This document shows, one piece after another, positions 27,313-41,644 of a stretch of DNA of 64,000 bases (position 1 is the stretch's first letter; each line of letters begins with the position of its first letter). Made by a program: the position numbers and the translations under genes. The DNA comes from Octopus vulgaris (taxonomy: Eukaryota), in assembly GCA_951406725.2 (NCBI GenBank), contig OX597831.1, forward strand, positions 34,348,001-34,412,000, given 5' to 3'. The notes beneath the pieces were generated by a model that saw nothing but the letters and a program-made list of their open reading frames with translations, searched no databases and was not told the DNA's origin.

Positions 27313-27485
27313 TATATATATATAAACTCACACACACACATATACCTGCGTAGTTTACGTACCTGTAAATACATATTCATTGTATATGATATTAAAGTAA
27401 ATACAATATATGCATATATGCGTACAAATATATGCAGATATTGTACATATACAAATCTATGTACATATGTACATAGATTATATGC

Positions 27486-27524
<39 letters not shown>

Positions 27525-28439
27525 TATATATATATATACATAGATATGCACACACACACACACATATACATACATAGATACATATATACGTATGTACGTA
27601 TATAAATGCATTATGCGCATGTATATATATATATATCTTACATGGTTAATAGTCATATATGTATGTGTGTGCATGTATGTGTGTGCATATGCGTGTGTGC
27701 GCGCGCGCGTGTGTAAAGGTAAGATCCAAGGGTCAATGTGTAGGAAGTTAGTAAACTTCGTGCAATCCGTAGGAGGCACAAAAATTATTTTCGGGAACAA
27801 TAGTGGTCTATTCACGTATAAGGTTGTGAATTTTTGCCATATATACATGTGTGTGTGTGTGTGAGTGTATATATATATATATGTATGTATGTGTGTATGT
27901 ATGTGCTAGTGTATATACAAATGTATACATATGTGGATAAATCGGCATAGAAACAGAGCAACGTATATTTACAAATATATAACTTTATATATGTGTAAAT
28001 ATATATCTATGTACACACACAAACACACACACAGACACACAAAAAAAAAAACACACACACACACTCACACATGCATATAAATGTGTATATGTTTTGTAGA
28101 TGTGAGGGATTTTGTGTATGCCCGGATTAGATGATTATGACACCTCTCTGAAGCAATTTCGCTTACGTAGTCTTTCAATTGCGAAAACAAAAACTCATTT
28201 ATCTTTTACCGTTCTTTGAATGAGTTGCAAAAGAATTTGCATGGCAGCATCTGAATGGAACACTGTTGTATATTTAATCGTTTGAAAATTGTTACACACT
28301 GCATCACATAAGTTGCTTCCTACAGTAGCTGACACCTTCCGATATTACCTATCGTATATTTGTAACCTTTAGAGCATTGAGGAATAGATAAGTATATTGA
28401 CATCAAGCTACGAACACTGGAAAATAATACACAGATGTG

Positions 28440-28620
28440 AAATCTTTAGCAATAACAATTTCCAAAAACTGATTGGTATCCGCATTGATGCCAATCTTCT
28501 TTACAAAAATATCGCAAGTGACTCGTTGCGGTTCCAAAACTTAATGCAAATGCTTCAAATGTTGAACTATGCACAGGAGAAACATTTCTTTTTAAACAAC
28601 TACCAACTAAGCCAAAAATA
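28440..28620 (+). mobile_element. Degenerate CR1/L2-like LINE fragment
   Basis: KLIGIRIDANL...QNLM resembles the post-RT K.LG..ID..L motif. Confidence 0.4.
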
Positions 28621-28910
28621 AAGAAATCTACATAAGGTGGAAGCTGATGTCAAATTCCCTTATACAACACAAGGGACCAACAGCTGGTACAAAGCACAGG
28701 AATGATAATGTGAAACACGTCAGACTGAGGAAATCAGAAGGACCACGATATTGTTCCAGAATTACCACAGTTGCATGGTTGAAACGAGTAAAATAGTATA
28801 TATATATATATATAAGTAAGGAAAAAATTTTTTTTTAAATGCAGAATGCTCAAATGAAAGAAAATTTTAATAAAATGAGAAATTGATAAAATATATAAAC
28901 ATATATTTAT

Positions 28911-28943
28911 TCAACCGGTTTTCGTCATTGTATGACTTGTCAA
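28911..28943 (-). ncRNA. Minimal hammerhead-like motif, U3-A8 variant
   Basis: Minus strand UUGACAA-GUCAU-aca-AUGAC-GAAA-ACCGGUU with a palindromic stem III. Confidence 0.55.
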
Positions 28944-29007
28944 GAATATTTATGTTTTAAAAAGTTTTTTCTCCACGTGCGGTCAACACAACCCCACCAT
29001 TTATTGA

Positions 29008-29046
<39 letters not shown>

Positions 29047-29736
29047 CAAAATGGGATATGAACGCAAAACATCGAGACAGGTGATACAAAAAGTGGACAA
29101 CAAAACATCCAGATAGACGATACAAAGAAAACAAAGACGGGTCATTCGGAGTTTTCTTTCCTCAGTCGAGTTCCAGATTATCGTTGCAATTTCGGCTGGT
29201 TACATTCGAGATTGCTCCAATCTGGCTAGCCACAGGGAAAAACTAAGCTAAGAGCATTAGATTCCTTGGAAGAAAGCAGCGAATGGTGCATATGTATATA
29301 TATATGGAGAAAGTGAGAAAGACTAAGACAGGCATCTTTAAATATCTATATAATATCTATATAATATGGTGACGATGCTTAAATGAAACCCAGTAAAGAA
29401 ATACGTTGGGTTTGAAAGCAAGGATGAAAGCAAGCGAGAATAAGTGGCCAAATTAAGTATTATTTTAATCACATAGATTTTAGGTCATTTTTCTATAATT
29501 CGTCTTTTTGATTTGTTTTTGTTTTTTTTTGCTGTTTGCTGGTTTTTTCGTTCGTGATTTTTCCAAACAGCTTTACTCAAAATGCCATTCTGAAATCTCA
29601 ATGATAGTGCCACGTTATTGCTAGCTATCTAATATCTTCTTTTATCATTGACAATATTTCACCTTTCTGAATATGGCTAGAATATTTAGACCGTTACTGT
29701 ATATACATATATAACTACATGTCTACATACATACAT

Positions 29737-29806
<70 letters not shown>

Positions 29807-29867
29807 GCATACACACACACACATAAATATATATGTACATATATACATACGTACATACATACATACA

Positions 29868-29909
<42 letters not shown>

Positions 29910-30059
29910 TGTGTGTGTATGTATATGTATATATATTGTATCTGGCCACTTAGAGTAAAGTACTGAAAGATAAGTTTGAAAGTGAGTAAACTGTTTAATC
30001 TATAATCGTTAGTCCGACAAAATATATCTTATTTCACGTATTCCTTTTGGGAGGCTCAG

Positions 30060-30800
30060 ACAATGGATTAAATATTATACAGGTCGCATGACCAAATAAA
30101 TATTAGTAACTTGAATCTAATCTCCTTTATGGTGATATGTTATGCTAATAATTCCGAATTCCTCAATGTACTAAATCAATCTTGTTTTGAAGCAATGGTT
30201 TACACCTAACAGGTCTCATCATTATCAAAGCAATACGTCCAAAATTAGTTGCCATCTGTTTGATGTCTCTTGATATTAGTTGAACACCGACAATAACGAG
30301 CAAAGAAATAATTCCTGAGACAACATCACTTAAAATACTGCATCACGCTGTTTATTATAACTATGTATGATTTATTAACGTACAACATAAATTCTTCAGT
30401 TACTAAAATTGTTTCCACCTTTTGATAATGTGTTACTAGATCCATATGAAAAGGGTAGATGATCTCAAGAATCAAGAATTTCTTCAGAATTTGATATGCC
30501 GTTAAAGAAAATGAGAGGAGGATTTTTGTCAGGAGATACAAAGACACCCGTGAATACGTGATTCCGCTTCAATAGGCGTCATCCTTATCTTTAATAATAA
30601 GTCAACTTTGGAGAATGTTTAAGTGACTATTGGTAATTATGATGCATGTCGAGAGGTAGAGATGATTTTAATCAATCAAGAACTTATGTTATTGGTATTT
30701 GATGTACCTGTATTTACTTATGTTGTTCAAATACAAATCTCTAATCACTCAGTTATTTCTTTTCGTTCCTTTTTTAAAATGATTTAACTCAGTGCAACAG
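30060..30800 (-). mobile_element. Highly degenerate PLE RT-region relic
   Basis: Minus-strand LIIKDKDDA resembles the PLE IIK.DKG motif; adjacent pLTR-like sequence. Confidence 0.3.
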
Positions 30801-30851
30801 AATTAAATGCATTTGTTAAGAGGGAACTGCGTTGGTAATTAGATACGAATC

Positions 30852-31270
30852 CTTCTTTACTCTTTTTACTCTTTTTACTTGTTTCAGGCATTTGATTGTG
30901 GCCATGCTGGAGCACCGCCTTTAGTCGAGCAAATCGACCCCAGGACTTATTCTTTGTAAGCCTAGTACTTATTCTATCGGTCTTTTTACCGATCCGCTAA
31001 GTTACGGGGACGTAAACATACCAGCATCTGTTGTCAAGCGTTGTTGGGGGGACAAACATAGATACAGAAACATATACACACACATACATCTACATATACA
31101 TATATACGACGGGTCTCTTTCAGTTTTCGTCTACCAAATCCACTCACAAGGCTTTGGTCGGCCCGAGGCTATAGTAGAAGACACTTGCCCAAGGTGCCAC
31201 GCAGTGGGGTTGAACCCGAAACCATGTGGTTAGTAAGCAAGTTACTTACCACACAGCCACTCCTCCGCCT
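30852..31270 (-). mobile_element. SINE family B, full length
   Basis: High-similarity reverse complement of 12471-12875. Confidence 0.9.
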
Positions 31271-32114
31271 ATCTGTCCGACTTTAAATCTGGAACCAAGT
31301 CAATCGTACCAGTTGCCTCGTCCAACCTCCTCTATATTATTTTGATACTTACTTACCCCAACCTCAAGTCTACACTCCAACCGCTACTACATAAAAGCCT
31401 CTACACCTCGGAGTCAGATAATCTTATGACACACTCAAACTCATGTCTACTCCATCGTAACAACCATCAAACAACCATTTTGTGTTCACCTTCTTCGAGC
31501 TTCATATTTATCACTTTCATATATCAGCCTACATCATGCAGCTTTTCAAGAAGAGCATTAACCGATTCAATTTCACCCCTCACCGAGAGCCCTCGACGAT
31601 TATGGACTCACAGCTCAAAGAAGAAACAAATAGACTTTATTTATAAACGGAGGTAAATCGACCCAAGATTATTACAAATCCTTATGCCTCAACTTCAAGG
31701 CCACGACTAGTGTCACCTCCAACACTACCGAAATTTGGGATATTAATTATAGATTAATATTGTTGTTCTGTTGTTGATAATGCCGTTGTTTAGCCCTAGA
31801 CTAGCCCTGATGGAGCAAGCCGAAAACGAGTCTTGTCGTGACCATTCTGCGCTTTCGTATATTATAAACTACATATATTTGATTGCGTCGTGTGTGTAGT
31901 CGACGCACTACATCTCTTTCGAGAGCTGGCTAGTGACACATATGGTTTCTTCCAAGCGTTTTTGAGGTACTTATCTCCCCTGTTTGAAAACTTAAGGACA
32001 CAGAACGCTTGTGTCATATAGCCAACTGGAAACGGTGTTTCCTGGGGCTAAACAGCAGTAGCATTCTTTCCTTTCCCGGGACTTCCAAATTAAGTTGGCA
32101 AAAATCCATCACTT

Positions 32115-32193
<79 letters not shown>

Positions 32194-32675
32194 GTTTATA
32201 CATATATGTGTCTGGGGTGTGTGTGTAAATATATACATACTGCCTCTATCAGAACTACAGCTCATACTATTTCTATCACCCCATTACCATCACAAAAAGA
32301 CTAAATGTGTGTCTTCGTTCAGTATGTTATTCCAGCATGTTAGTTCAGTGCTCAGTCTCTCTTTATTTCACACCCACTCTTTCTCTCTCTCTCTCTCTCT
32401 CTCACTCTTATTATTACTCCCACTACCACTTTTAATAAAACATCATCATCTCTCCCTAAATTTCTTTGTCTCTCTTTCTCTCTCCCTCATTTTCTATCTA
32501 TCTGTCTGTCTGTCTCTCTCTCTCTCTCTGTCTTTGCCACCGCCCTCGGCGTCTCTGTCTATTGCTACTCTCACTCCCAACATGAGCAATATTAGAAGTG
32601 TCATTGAACAGTGAGAGAAGGGGTCAAAGTGTGACACACTGACACGAAGAAATTAGTTTTCGCATTTATTATATT

Positions 32676-32740
<65 letters not shown>

Positions 32741-32749
32741 CATACATAC

Positions 32750-32782
<33 letters not shown>

Positions 32783-32834
32783 TACAGACAGATAAGACAG
32801 ACAAAGGAAAGAGAGAGAAAAAGGTCAATAGATT

Positions 32835-32911
<77 letters not shown>

Positions 32912-33516
32912 GCAGATATAGTAATGTGTGTGGGTGTGATTCTGTATATGCAAGTTTGTTTCCATGTATGTATATATGCGTGTGTCACAAGTATGCGTGT
33001 ATGCGTATCTGTCCGTATTGTAAGCGCGTGCCTGTGTGAGTATGTGTCCGTCCGTGAGCAACTCTTACTAATATGCATGTGTTGTGTCTTTTTATATATG
33101 TTGCGTCTGTGTGCAGATGTGTTGGTATGTATGCGAATGTGTCTGCAACTTGGCAATAAACTTTAACAACCAACTTGACAACCAGACTGTTTCGCCATTC
33201 GTTATGCAAGTCGTTCTAACTCTAAGACTTTTATGTTGAGTATTTCTTCCTTACGCGTCAAACTTTAAAAATTTAATGATGGAGACGAAATAAAAATGGC
33301 TGATATATTTGACAAAGTTAAAACGTTGTACGTATAAATACACGAATAAATATGCAAAAGGATAAAGCAAAAAATAACTACGTGAGAGATTCTGAAGTAT
33401 TTTGATATTTTTCTTTGTATCAAAAATTATTGCATCAAAAGAGTTCGAGAAAGCAAAAAAAAAATACAAGTCTAATACAATCCTTTCATCAATTGTAATG
33501 ATTTTGTATGCGTATG

Positions 33517-33548
<32 letters not shown>

Positions 33549-33677
33549 TGTATGTATGTATGTATGTATGTATGTATGCATGAGTTTAGGGTTGCGTCTG
33601 TACGTGTATTTTTGTGGTCCCGCACATACAAGCGAAAATACGATAATGAATGCAAACTCTTTGACGTTGTCTAACTG

Positions 33678-33738
<61 letters not shown>

Positions 33739-33740
33739 TA

Positions 33741-34574
33741 CAGGGTGCGGTGAATAAACTGACGTCTATATTACGTAAAAATCAAAATAACAATGACATC
33801 TCATTTTAACAAATATATTTACCAAAAGAATATCTTGAAATACTAAAGAGTAAATTTATTCAATAAATCGCCATTTATTCAATAAAATCACCACGACTTC
33901 AGAATCTCCTACGAGATTTGTGGACAGTCTTTTTGTTGGTGAATACTAGCCCTCTGTTCATTTTCGATGTTACAAGTTATTTCGTTGGTCTCCCACTGAA
34001 CTACACCCCTCCACATAATAATCAAGGGTGTTGCAGTTTGGGGAGTTAGGCGGCCAGATGTTAGGGATGATGTGGTCGCAGAAATTATCTGACGGCCATG
34101 ACTAGGTTCTTCTGCTTGTTTGGCATGGTGAAGTGTCCAGTTGCCGAACATAGAGTCTTCCAACAGCCATCCTCTTGTCCCGCGGCAGTACTACCTCCTC
34201 CAGGCACTTGATGTAGGCCTCCATGTTGAGTCTGAGACCGTGTGAGAAAATGAAGGGAGGCATAACGTTGTCATCACTAGTCATCACTCCAAAGAATATA
34301 CTGTTGACTGGATGTTTGATTTTTATCCCTCTTGGTACATGTCCTCATATTCACACCCAAATACTCTGAAATGTTCGTATCGGAGCAACCGGCGCGAGTG
34401 CAAAGTGGTTTCCAAATTTCTCACAGAATGAATTGTGTCATGGTGCTGTTTTTCTCAAAGACGATGCCCAGCTGACCCTACCATATTGTACAGTCGACAA
34501 AATCAAAAACAAACATTGCGCATACGCAAAATTAATAATATAAAATGGCAACAACTTAACCATCGCACCCTCAG
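33741..34574 (-). mobile_element. Tc1/mariner transposon relic with transposase pseudogene
   Basis: Termini cagggtgcggtg / catcgcaccct; fragments VMPPFIF...YIKCLEEVVLP...YVRQLD..PC and WPPNSPNCNTLDYYV. Confidence 0.85.
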
Positions 34575-34594
34575 TGTATGTGTGTGTGTGTGTG

Positions 34595-34635
<41 letters not shown>

Positions 34636-34692
34636 GCACACATACAAAATGATATGTGTGCATGCATGCGTGCCTAACTCTGTGCAGGTAGG

Positions 34693-34758
<66 letters not shown>

Positions 34759-34854
34759 TTATTTATTTAGTCATATAATAACACTACAAGTCTAGTCCTG
34801 TTTCGTTCGACTTTCGAAATCATGAATCACTTAAACGGGTATTTATTTATATAA

Positions 34855-35320
34855 ATTGTGTCATCCCGTAAATAATGCGAATTTTTTAATACTTCTTTTA
34901 TTTTTCAAAATTAAGATAAACAAAGTCCTTTTTCAATCTAAAATATACTCTCCTTCATTTTCTATACAATGCTCTTCCATCTATCTGGTAGACTTACAAG
35001 GCTCTTCTTCCAAAAGTCACTTGTCCGTCACGAAAAATATTCCTCCAGTACTCTTCTGACCTCGTCTACAGAGTTCATATTTTTCCGTCCAAATGATTTC
35101 GAAAACTGCAGAATAAAGGATAATCAGATGGGGCAATGTCCTAAAATAACCTAAAATAACCTAAAATCGAACTGCACTCTTCAAAGCCTGCACTAAGAAT
35201 AAGTACAAGGTAAATTTACTACCTGCATTTATATCAACCTGATGCCGGTAGTTTATTGTGACGCCCTCCGACTTAAGTTCATACAATTGAAAAACTGCAT
35301 TATTTATGGGATGATCCAAT
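34855..35320 (-). mobile_element. Internally deleted mariner element
   Basis: TIRs ttgtgtcatcccgtaaataatgcg / tgcattatttatgggatgatccaa; C-terminal SLPDRWKSI..NEGEYILD remnant. Confidence 0.85.
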
Positions 35321-35557
35321 ACATATATGTGTGTATGTGTGAGTGTGCGTGTGTGTGTGTGTCCATACATACACACAGAGACACACCTGCATATATACTC
35401 ATTTCTCTATATATTTCTCATATATTTGTGTGCTTGTTGTTATGCACACCTGAGCATATATTGCGCTTAATGCTCGCAATGCCATGATACCCGAGAACCG
35501 ATAATATATATATATATGTGCGTGTGTGTGTTACATACATGTATATATATATCTATG

Positions 35558-35602
<45 letters not shown>

Positions 35603-35639
35603 ATATACATATATATATATATGTATATGTATATATACA

Positions 35640-35720
<81 letters not shown>

Positions 35721-35758
35721 GTATGTGTTTGAGTGCGTATGTCTTGGGAGTTACGGTA

Positions 35759-35793
<35 letters not shown>

Positions 35794-36288
35794 GGACTAT
35801 AAAGTTCACAAACATAGTGGTGGTGGAGAGAAAGAGAAGAGCTGCAAAGAGAGGCAAAAGGAAAAGAAATGGAAAAGAAAAATAATGCCACTATTTTTCA
35901 ATTACATGAACTATTTATCCAATAAAAACTATTCTATCTTTTGTATGTATGTATGTACATGGGTGTAGGCTACTGAAGTATTGTTAATTTTACGTTCCTT
36001 ACCGCTGGGAAAACCACGAGAACATAGATCTTCATGATAGTGAAAAACAGAAATGTATTATTCGGTTGGTTAAATGCGAAAATTGCAATGGCGTTTAAGA
36101 CATATACAAAAAGTACAAAATTATTCTCTAGAAGAAGAGATATTGGCAAAAAAAATCTTTGAAAGGTTGTTGTGTTTATTGAAGAAAATATATATAGAAT
36201 GTTATTAGCTGACACTCATCAACATTCATCAAATTGATAGATACAAATAAATAAGCTAAAAGCATTTAATCAACACTGTTGACGCTCT

Positions 36289-36333
<45 letters not shown>

Positions 36334-36895
36334 AACTACTAAGGGTTTCGAATTTGAGGGAGATAATCAGTCGATTTTCGTTGACCTCAGAGAAATGATA
36401 GCAAAAGTTGATCTTGTCATAATAACAACAACAACAATTATAAGAACAATAATTTTTCTTTGTTTTCTTTTTTACATTTTTTCCTGTATTTTTTTTCTAT
36501 TTTCCGTTTATTTCTGTATTTTTCTTTTACCCATTTTTTTAAATCACAAAACTTAACTTTGTAAATGAATAACATGGTATGTTTATTTTATTGGCCCACC
36601 AAGCTATACTGAATGTCTTTGTCTCACGTGTCTGGAAGAAACTCGGCAAGAAATACAAAGTAGCAAACTAATAACAACAACAACAATAATTATAATACAT
36701 TCATACATATATATATATATATATTTTCTCACTGATTCAAAAACACTCTGGCCTTTGACCACTCCCCTAAGAACAATAGCTTGTGCCCCCTGTTTATCTC
36801 CTAAATACCAACCTACCCAAAAAACGTCCCCCCTGCCACCACCACTCCATTAAATCTGCTTAAATGCATAAATACCAGAGCTTATTTTGACAGCA

Positions 36896-36946
36896 AGCTT
36901 CCTGAAGATGTCATCTGAATGAAACAGTTCTAGTCCTGTAGAAGCT
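36896..36946 (+). ncRNA. Type I hammerhead ribozyme motif (stem II degenerate)
   Basis: Stem I agcttc/gaagct, core CUGAAGA, GAAA, stem III ACAG/CUGU and a GUA cleavage triplet at 36938-36940. Confidence 0.65.
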
Positions 36947-36965
36947 CCTTCTATATAAAAAAAAT

Positions 36966-37019
<54 letters not shown>

Positions 37020-37020
<1 letters not shown>

Positions 37021-38325
37021 AATAAAATGTTATGAATGGTACAACAATGCACTATAATACAGACAATGGGCTATATACCTGTTGTAATTTAGTCATCCAT
37101 AGTTTGGTATGATATTTTGGAATAATATTCCTTCTTCAAATATTCTTAGATGGGGTCGCTGCTATAATCGGTTTTCTAACGGCTTTTCTTTTTTATTTTG
37201 TGGAAGCGTCTCAGCAGTGGTTTCACGATGCTCCTTCCGGAATTCCTCATGAGATGTGTGTTAGGTCAACCATGTCTCAAACTCGTGTGTGCTGGTTCAT
37301 CCGTAGCGCTGATTCTAAGTTACGTATTATACGTGCAGCTTCCTTTTTGGCTTCTTTTTTTCTTTTCTTCTTTTTTTTTTTGGTTATAAACTACAGATGA
37401 GCATATTATCAAAAATGAACCTACACGCATCCAGATGTATCTAAATAATGTATTGATTACCAACCTCCAGCCTGTTGTTAATTTGGGGTCCCAGTCTGTG
37501 TATGAATATAGCTTCTTTAGTTCTTAAATTACCCAAATTTATTTCATTGGCCTCAATTGTGACTGTTATGCTTTTGTCGGTGTTCCGGCATCTGTCTAGA
37601 TGTTTTCTGAAGGAGGAAGCTCTCGTGTTCAGATGTTCTTTGATGCGGACATGCAATGGTCTTGTTGTGCTACCCACATAGAACTTGTTGCATTTGTTAC
37701 ATTCTATTCTATACACAACATTAACCCGTTGGCATAAATCTGTGTCACGGATGGGACAGTTTGCTAGTGTACATTGATTGCTGTCCCTCGTTCGTTTCTT
37801 AGTGAGGTGTCCTCTCAGAGGGGGGCCGGAGTGGGCTAGTTGTATGTCTAGCCCTTCTCTTCTTATGGCTCTTCGGATGGATGTAGTTATCCTCTAGCTA
37901 AAATGGGGTATTTTAAGGAAGCATGTGTTGCTGGGTTTTCTATGTGTTTGCAGTGTTGGTCGTCTTGGGTACTTAATCCGATTTACAATGGATCTAGGGT
38001 ACCCGGTTTTTTCAGTATATCTAGGAATCGTGTAGGGTGGGTTACCTTGTCCTCCGGTCTGCTACACTTACCCTGGATGCGTGCAAGTTCATTTCTGGCG
38101 TATCCTGCTTTGGCACCGAGCGGAAGTGATGAATTGTACTGGACAAACATATCTCTACTGGCTGCTTTCTTGTAGAACTCATTGTGGATCTCCTTTTCTT
38201 CCGTTATATTCAGTTTGAAGTCAAGTAGTAATAGCGATCCAGTGATGTCGGGGTGTTCTATAGTAAACTTTATTTTCATGTTCATGCTATTTAATAGCAT
38301 GAACATGAAAATAAAGTTTACTATA
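37020..38325 (-). mobile_element. 5'-truncated Penelope-like retroelement: RT C-terminus plus GIY-YIG endonuclease, frameshifted, with 3' pLTR
   Basis: IKFTIEHP...LLDFKL...FYKK...YNSSLP; Cys-rich linker; VVYRIECNKCNKFYVGSTTRPLHVRIKEH...EAIFIHRLGPQIN ending at 37441; HHR remnant at ~37205-37252. Confidence 0.92.
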
Positions 38326-38329
38326 TAAT

Positions 38330-38450
38330 AGTAAAAGAGACCGATAGAATAAGTACTATGCTTACAAAAAATAAGTCCTGGAGTTGATTTGTTCGACTAA
38401 AGGCGGTGCTCCATCATGGCCGCGGTCAAATGACTGAAACTAACAAAAAA
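38330..38450 (+). mobile_element. SINE family B 3' fragment
   Basis: aaaagagaccgatagaataagtac...aaatgactgaaac. Confidence 0.8.
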
Positions 38451-39212
38451 AAGGACATATATATATATATGTATGTGTGTGTGTGTTTAATCCTGTATAT
38501 AAATCGCAGTAATTTATGATATATATTTATTTACTCGTTCTCGTACCATGCAAATTAAACATTGGCATAAAGGTAGATATTTCTGTGGGACCTAAACGGC
38601 ATAGCTCTGTCCTGGCATTATTATATCATATATATCTGTATATATCGTCTACACCTACAATTTTTTCCTTTTCCTGATACTTCATTTATTGTTTTTGCAA
38701 ATACTGAATATATATTTTTTATAGATATTCTTTACTTGGACTGTACTTAGAGGACTTGGATGTTTGACATCCCTTTGAAGGATTTCAATGCTCACCTCTT
38801 ATATATATATATATATAAACAATAATATTAAGGAATGACCCTGACAGGCCGTTCAACTCACTTGAAAAGAGCAGCTAAACTCAAACCGCAAAATAGTAGT
38901 AATTCTGAAACTAAAGGAGAAATAAAAACATTTATCCCCTTCAACTTTGTACCATGCATAGTTTCAACATTTTTACGTAATCGAATTTAATTAAATTAAA
39001 TTAAATCCGTTTACGATTGGCTTGTCTCATCAGCAAAGTCGCCAAAGAAAAGGAAAATATATACACACGAGGCATCACCATCAAAGCCTCGAGTTTATAT
39101 ATCCTAAATTTTCGAAATTCACCATAACCGCGCCATATATATATATATATATATATATATCGTTTTTGGATTTGGTTTGCAAGATTCTTTATATGAGTTC
39201 GTGTGTTGAAGC

Positions 39213-39485
39213 ATATTCTGTTGCGTCTGGGGAGAGTCATTTTTTTGTGCATTATAATTTAACACACTGACCGGTAAAATTCCCACTTATTTCTTATTTT
39301 TATCTTCCTAAAATTTTCGTTGCGTCTTGCAACATTTTCAAGAGTCAAACCTATTGAAAAGGTTGCAAGACGCAATGAAAATTTTAGGAAAATAAAAATA
39401 AGAAATAAGTGGAAATTTTACCGGTGAGTGTTTTAAATTATAAGGCACAAAAAGAAAATGACTCTCTCCAGGCACAACAGTATAT
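39213..39485. repeat. Fold-back palindrome (~130-bp arms) centred on two opposed U3-A8 hammerhead cores
   Basis: Minus arm UUGAAAA-U-GUUGC-aagac-GCAAC-GAAAAUUUUA (39309-39341); plus arm ttgaaaaggttgcaagacgcaatgaaa (39354-39380). Confidence 0.85.
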
Positions 39486-39792
39486 ATATATATATATATA
39501 TATATATCTTTATACACGCGCACACACACAGACATCCACACATACAGGGTGCCGTGTGTATGTGTGTGTGTATGTCTGTGTGTGGTGCGTATATGGTGTG
39601 TCTGCGTGCGTTTCTTGAAGAGAAACACTTATAATGTAATCAATCTGATAAACGATCGTCTAAATTTACTTTTCCTTGTTTAGAAAAACATCATTCGTAA
39701 ATATTCTGTTGGTATACATACCAGATTGCTTTAAGGTAGTAATATTACTCAACATAAACACACTCATACAAACACACATTCATACTGATATT

Positions 39793-39828
<36 letters not shown>

Positions 39829-39830
39829 AC

Positions 39831-39890
<60 letters not shown>

Positions 39891-41609
39891 CATTGTATAT
39901 ATTACCTATAATTTCATGTATATATGTTATGAATATATGCATATATATCTATATGTATGAGACTATACATATGATCATGCAGATACATATTCACGTATGT
40001 ATAAATTATGTATGTATGTACGTACGTATGTATGTCTGAAAATACATTGCATTCGAATATGATGTTTTTATTAAAGATTCCGTATTTCTTTATTTACGTT
40101 CTATGTAGCATAAAACCATTGATAAATACATTAACGTTTAAAAGCTGTCTCGGTTTTTTATTCTCGTGTTGTTTCATTATTGACGTGCGTTTTGCAGTAG
40201 GCTGTCAACGATCATAGGAATGTCGCTTCATAAGGTAAAATCACCATCGCCGGATCTAAAATCGTTTATCTGTAAATATCTGGTTAATCTCATGATAATT
40301 TTGCAGTTTATTTTACATATCAGTTTGTTGACCTAACATTTAAATTTTGGTGGGTAATTTTTAATTTCGGGAAACAGCAAAGCTTCCGAGTCAAACGTTT
40401 CAATGAAATACTTTATAGGATCGTAGTGACCTCAAAATTACCTTTATCTTACTTCATTGTTTATTTCGTGTCTTGCTTTTAACGTGTTGTAATAGCTTGT
40501 TCCTTTGTCGGAAAAATCCAGTATTTTTGGCTTATATGGTCGTTCTTTCATGTTTTTGTTAGGTGTGTGATACTCATCTTATTCTCTTTGATGACTATTT
40601 TTTACTTATTCATTTTATAACAAAGATTTATTTGGTCAATGTTGTATGCATACGAGTGAGTTAAGTTTGTTTGTTTTGTGTCTGTGTATGTGATCCTGTG
40701 CATGTTCAACTGTTTAATTAACAAATATATCCAAGAATCTGTTGTCAACAGGCTGTTGTATGACTCTTAAGATATTCTTAGTCATATACCGCAGATGTTC
40801 GCAGCTGTCTCCGAATTTTGAACAACATGAAACCACAATATAAAATGTGGAAGTTGCTAACAGGCAAAAACTAGAAATAAATACACTTTTATACCAGAAA
40901 TAACGTCTAACCCTAGTTTAGGTAGAAAATCCTGTTAAAAGACTTCTTTTGGCAAATGTGTTTAAATGTTTTTGCGTTTTATTATGTAGGTTTCTCTGGA
41001 TAATTTTCTTCGATTGCTTTTAGCTAAATAATGGTTTCTACCTCAACAGGTGAGCTACATTTTGGGAATTCGTTATATATTATATATTTATTTATTTATT
41101 AGTATCGATATCTTGTAAAGATGCGAGAAAACGCCAACGTGTAACCAACTTAACCATATTCAACCTACAGTGGCAAGTGAAAGTACCATGGCAACAGGTA
41201 AGAGCCACATTCACAATATACACCAATGATCATTATATCATAGCAAATTTCTCCTAAATCCATGCAAGAGTTATATTTTCATTATTTTATAATGAACCAC
41301 ATTTAACTAAAATCTCCAATTTCTGATAAGATTGAGAGATTTATACATGCTTTAAACATAATTCACGAACACTTAAAGACCTGTCTCAGAAATCTGACTA
41401 ATGGTCTTAAAAACTTTAGGGACATCTCACTACTTCCGCGAACCCAAGAGCATTTATTGATGTTAGTATATTTTCATGAATGTTGAGAAGTTATACAAAG
41501 TCCCACCGAGGTCAATTTACTTTTGATCCTTCGAATATAAACATAAGAAAGTATCAGTCACTCACAGGTATCACTTCCTCACCTGTCTTTCTTTCTCTCT
41601 CTCTCCCTC

Positions 41610-41644
<35 letters not shown>

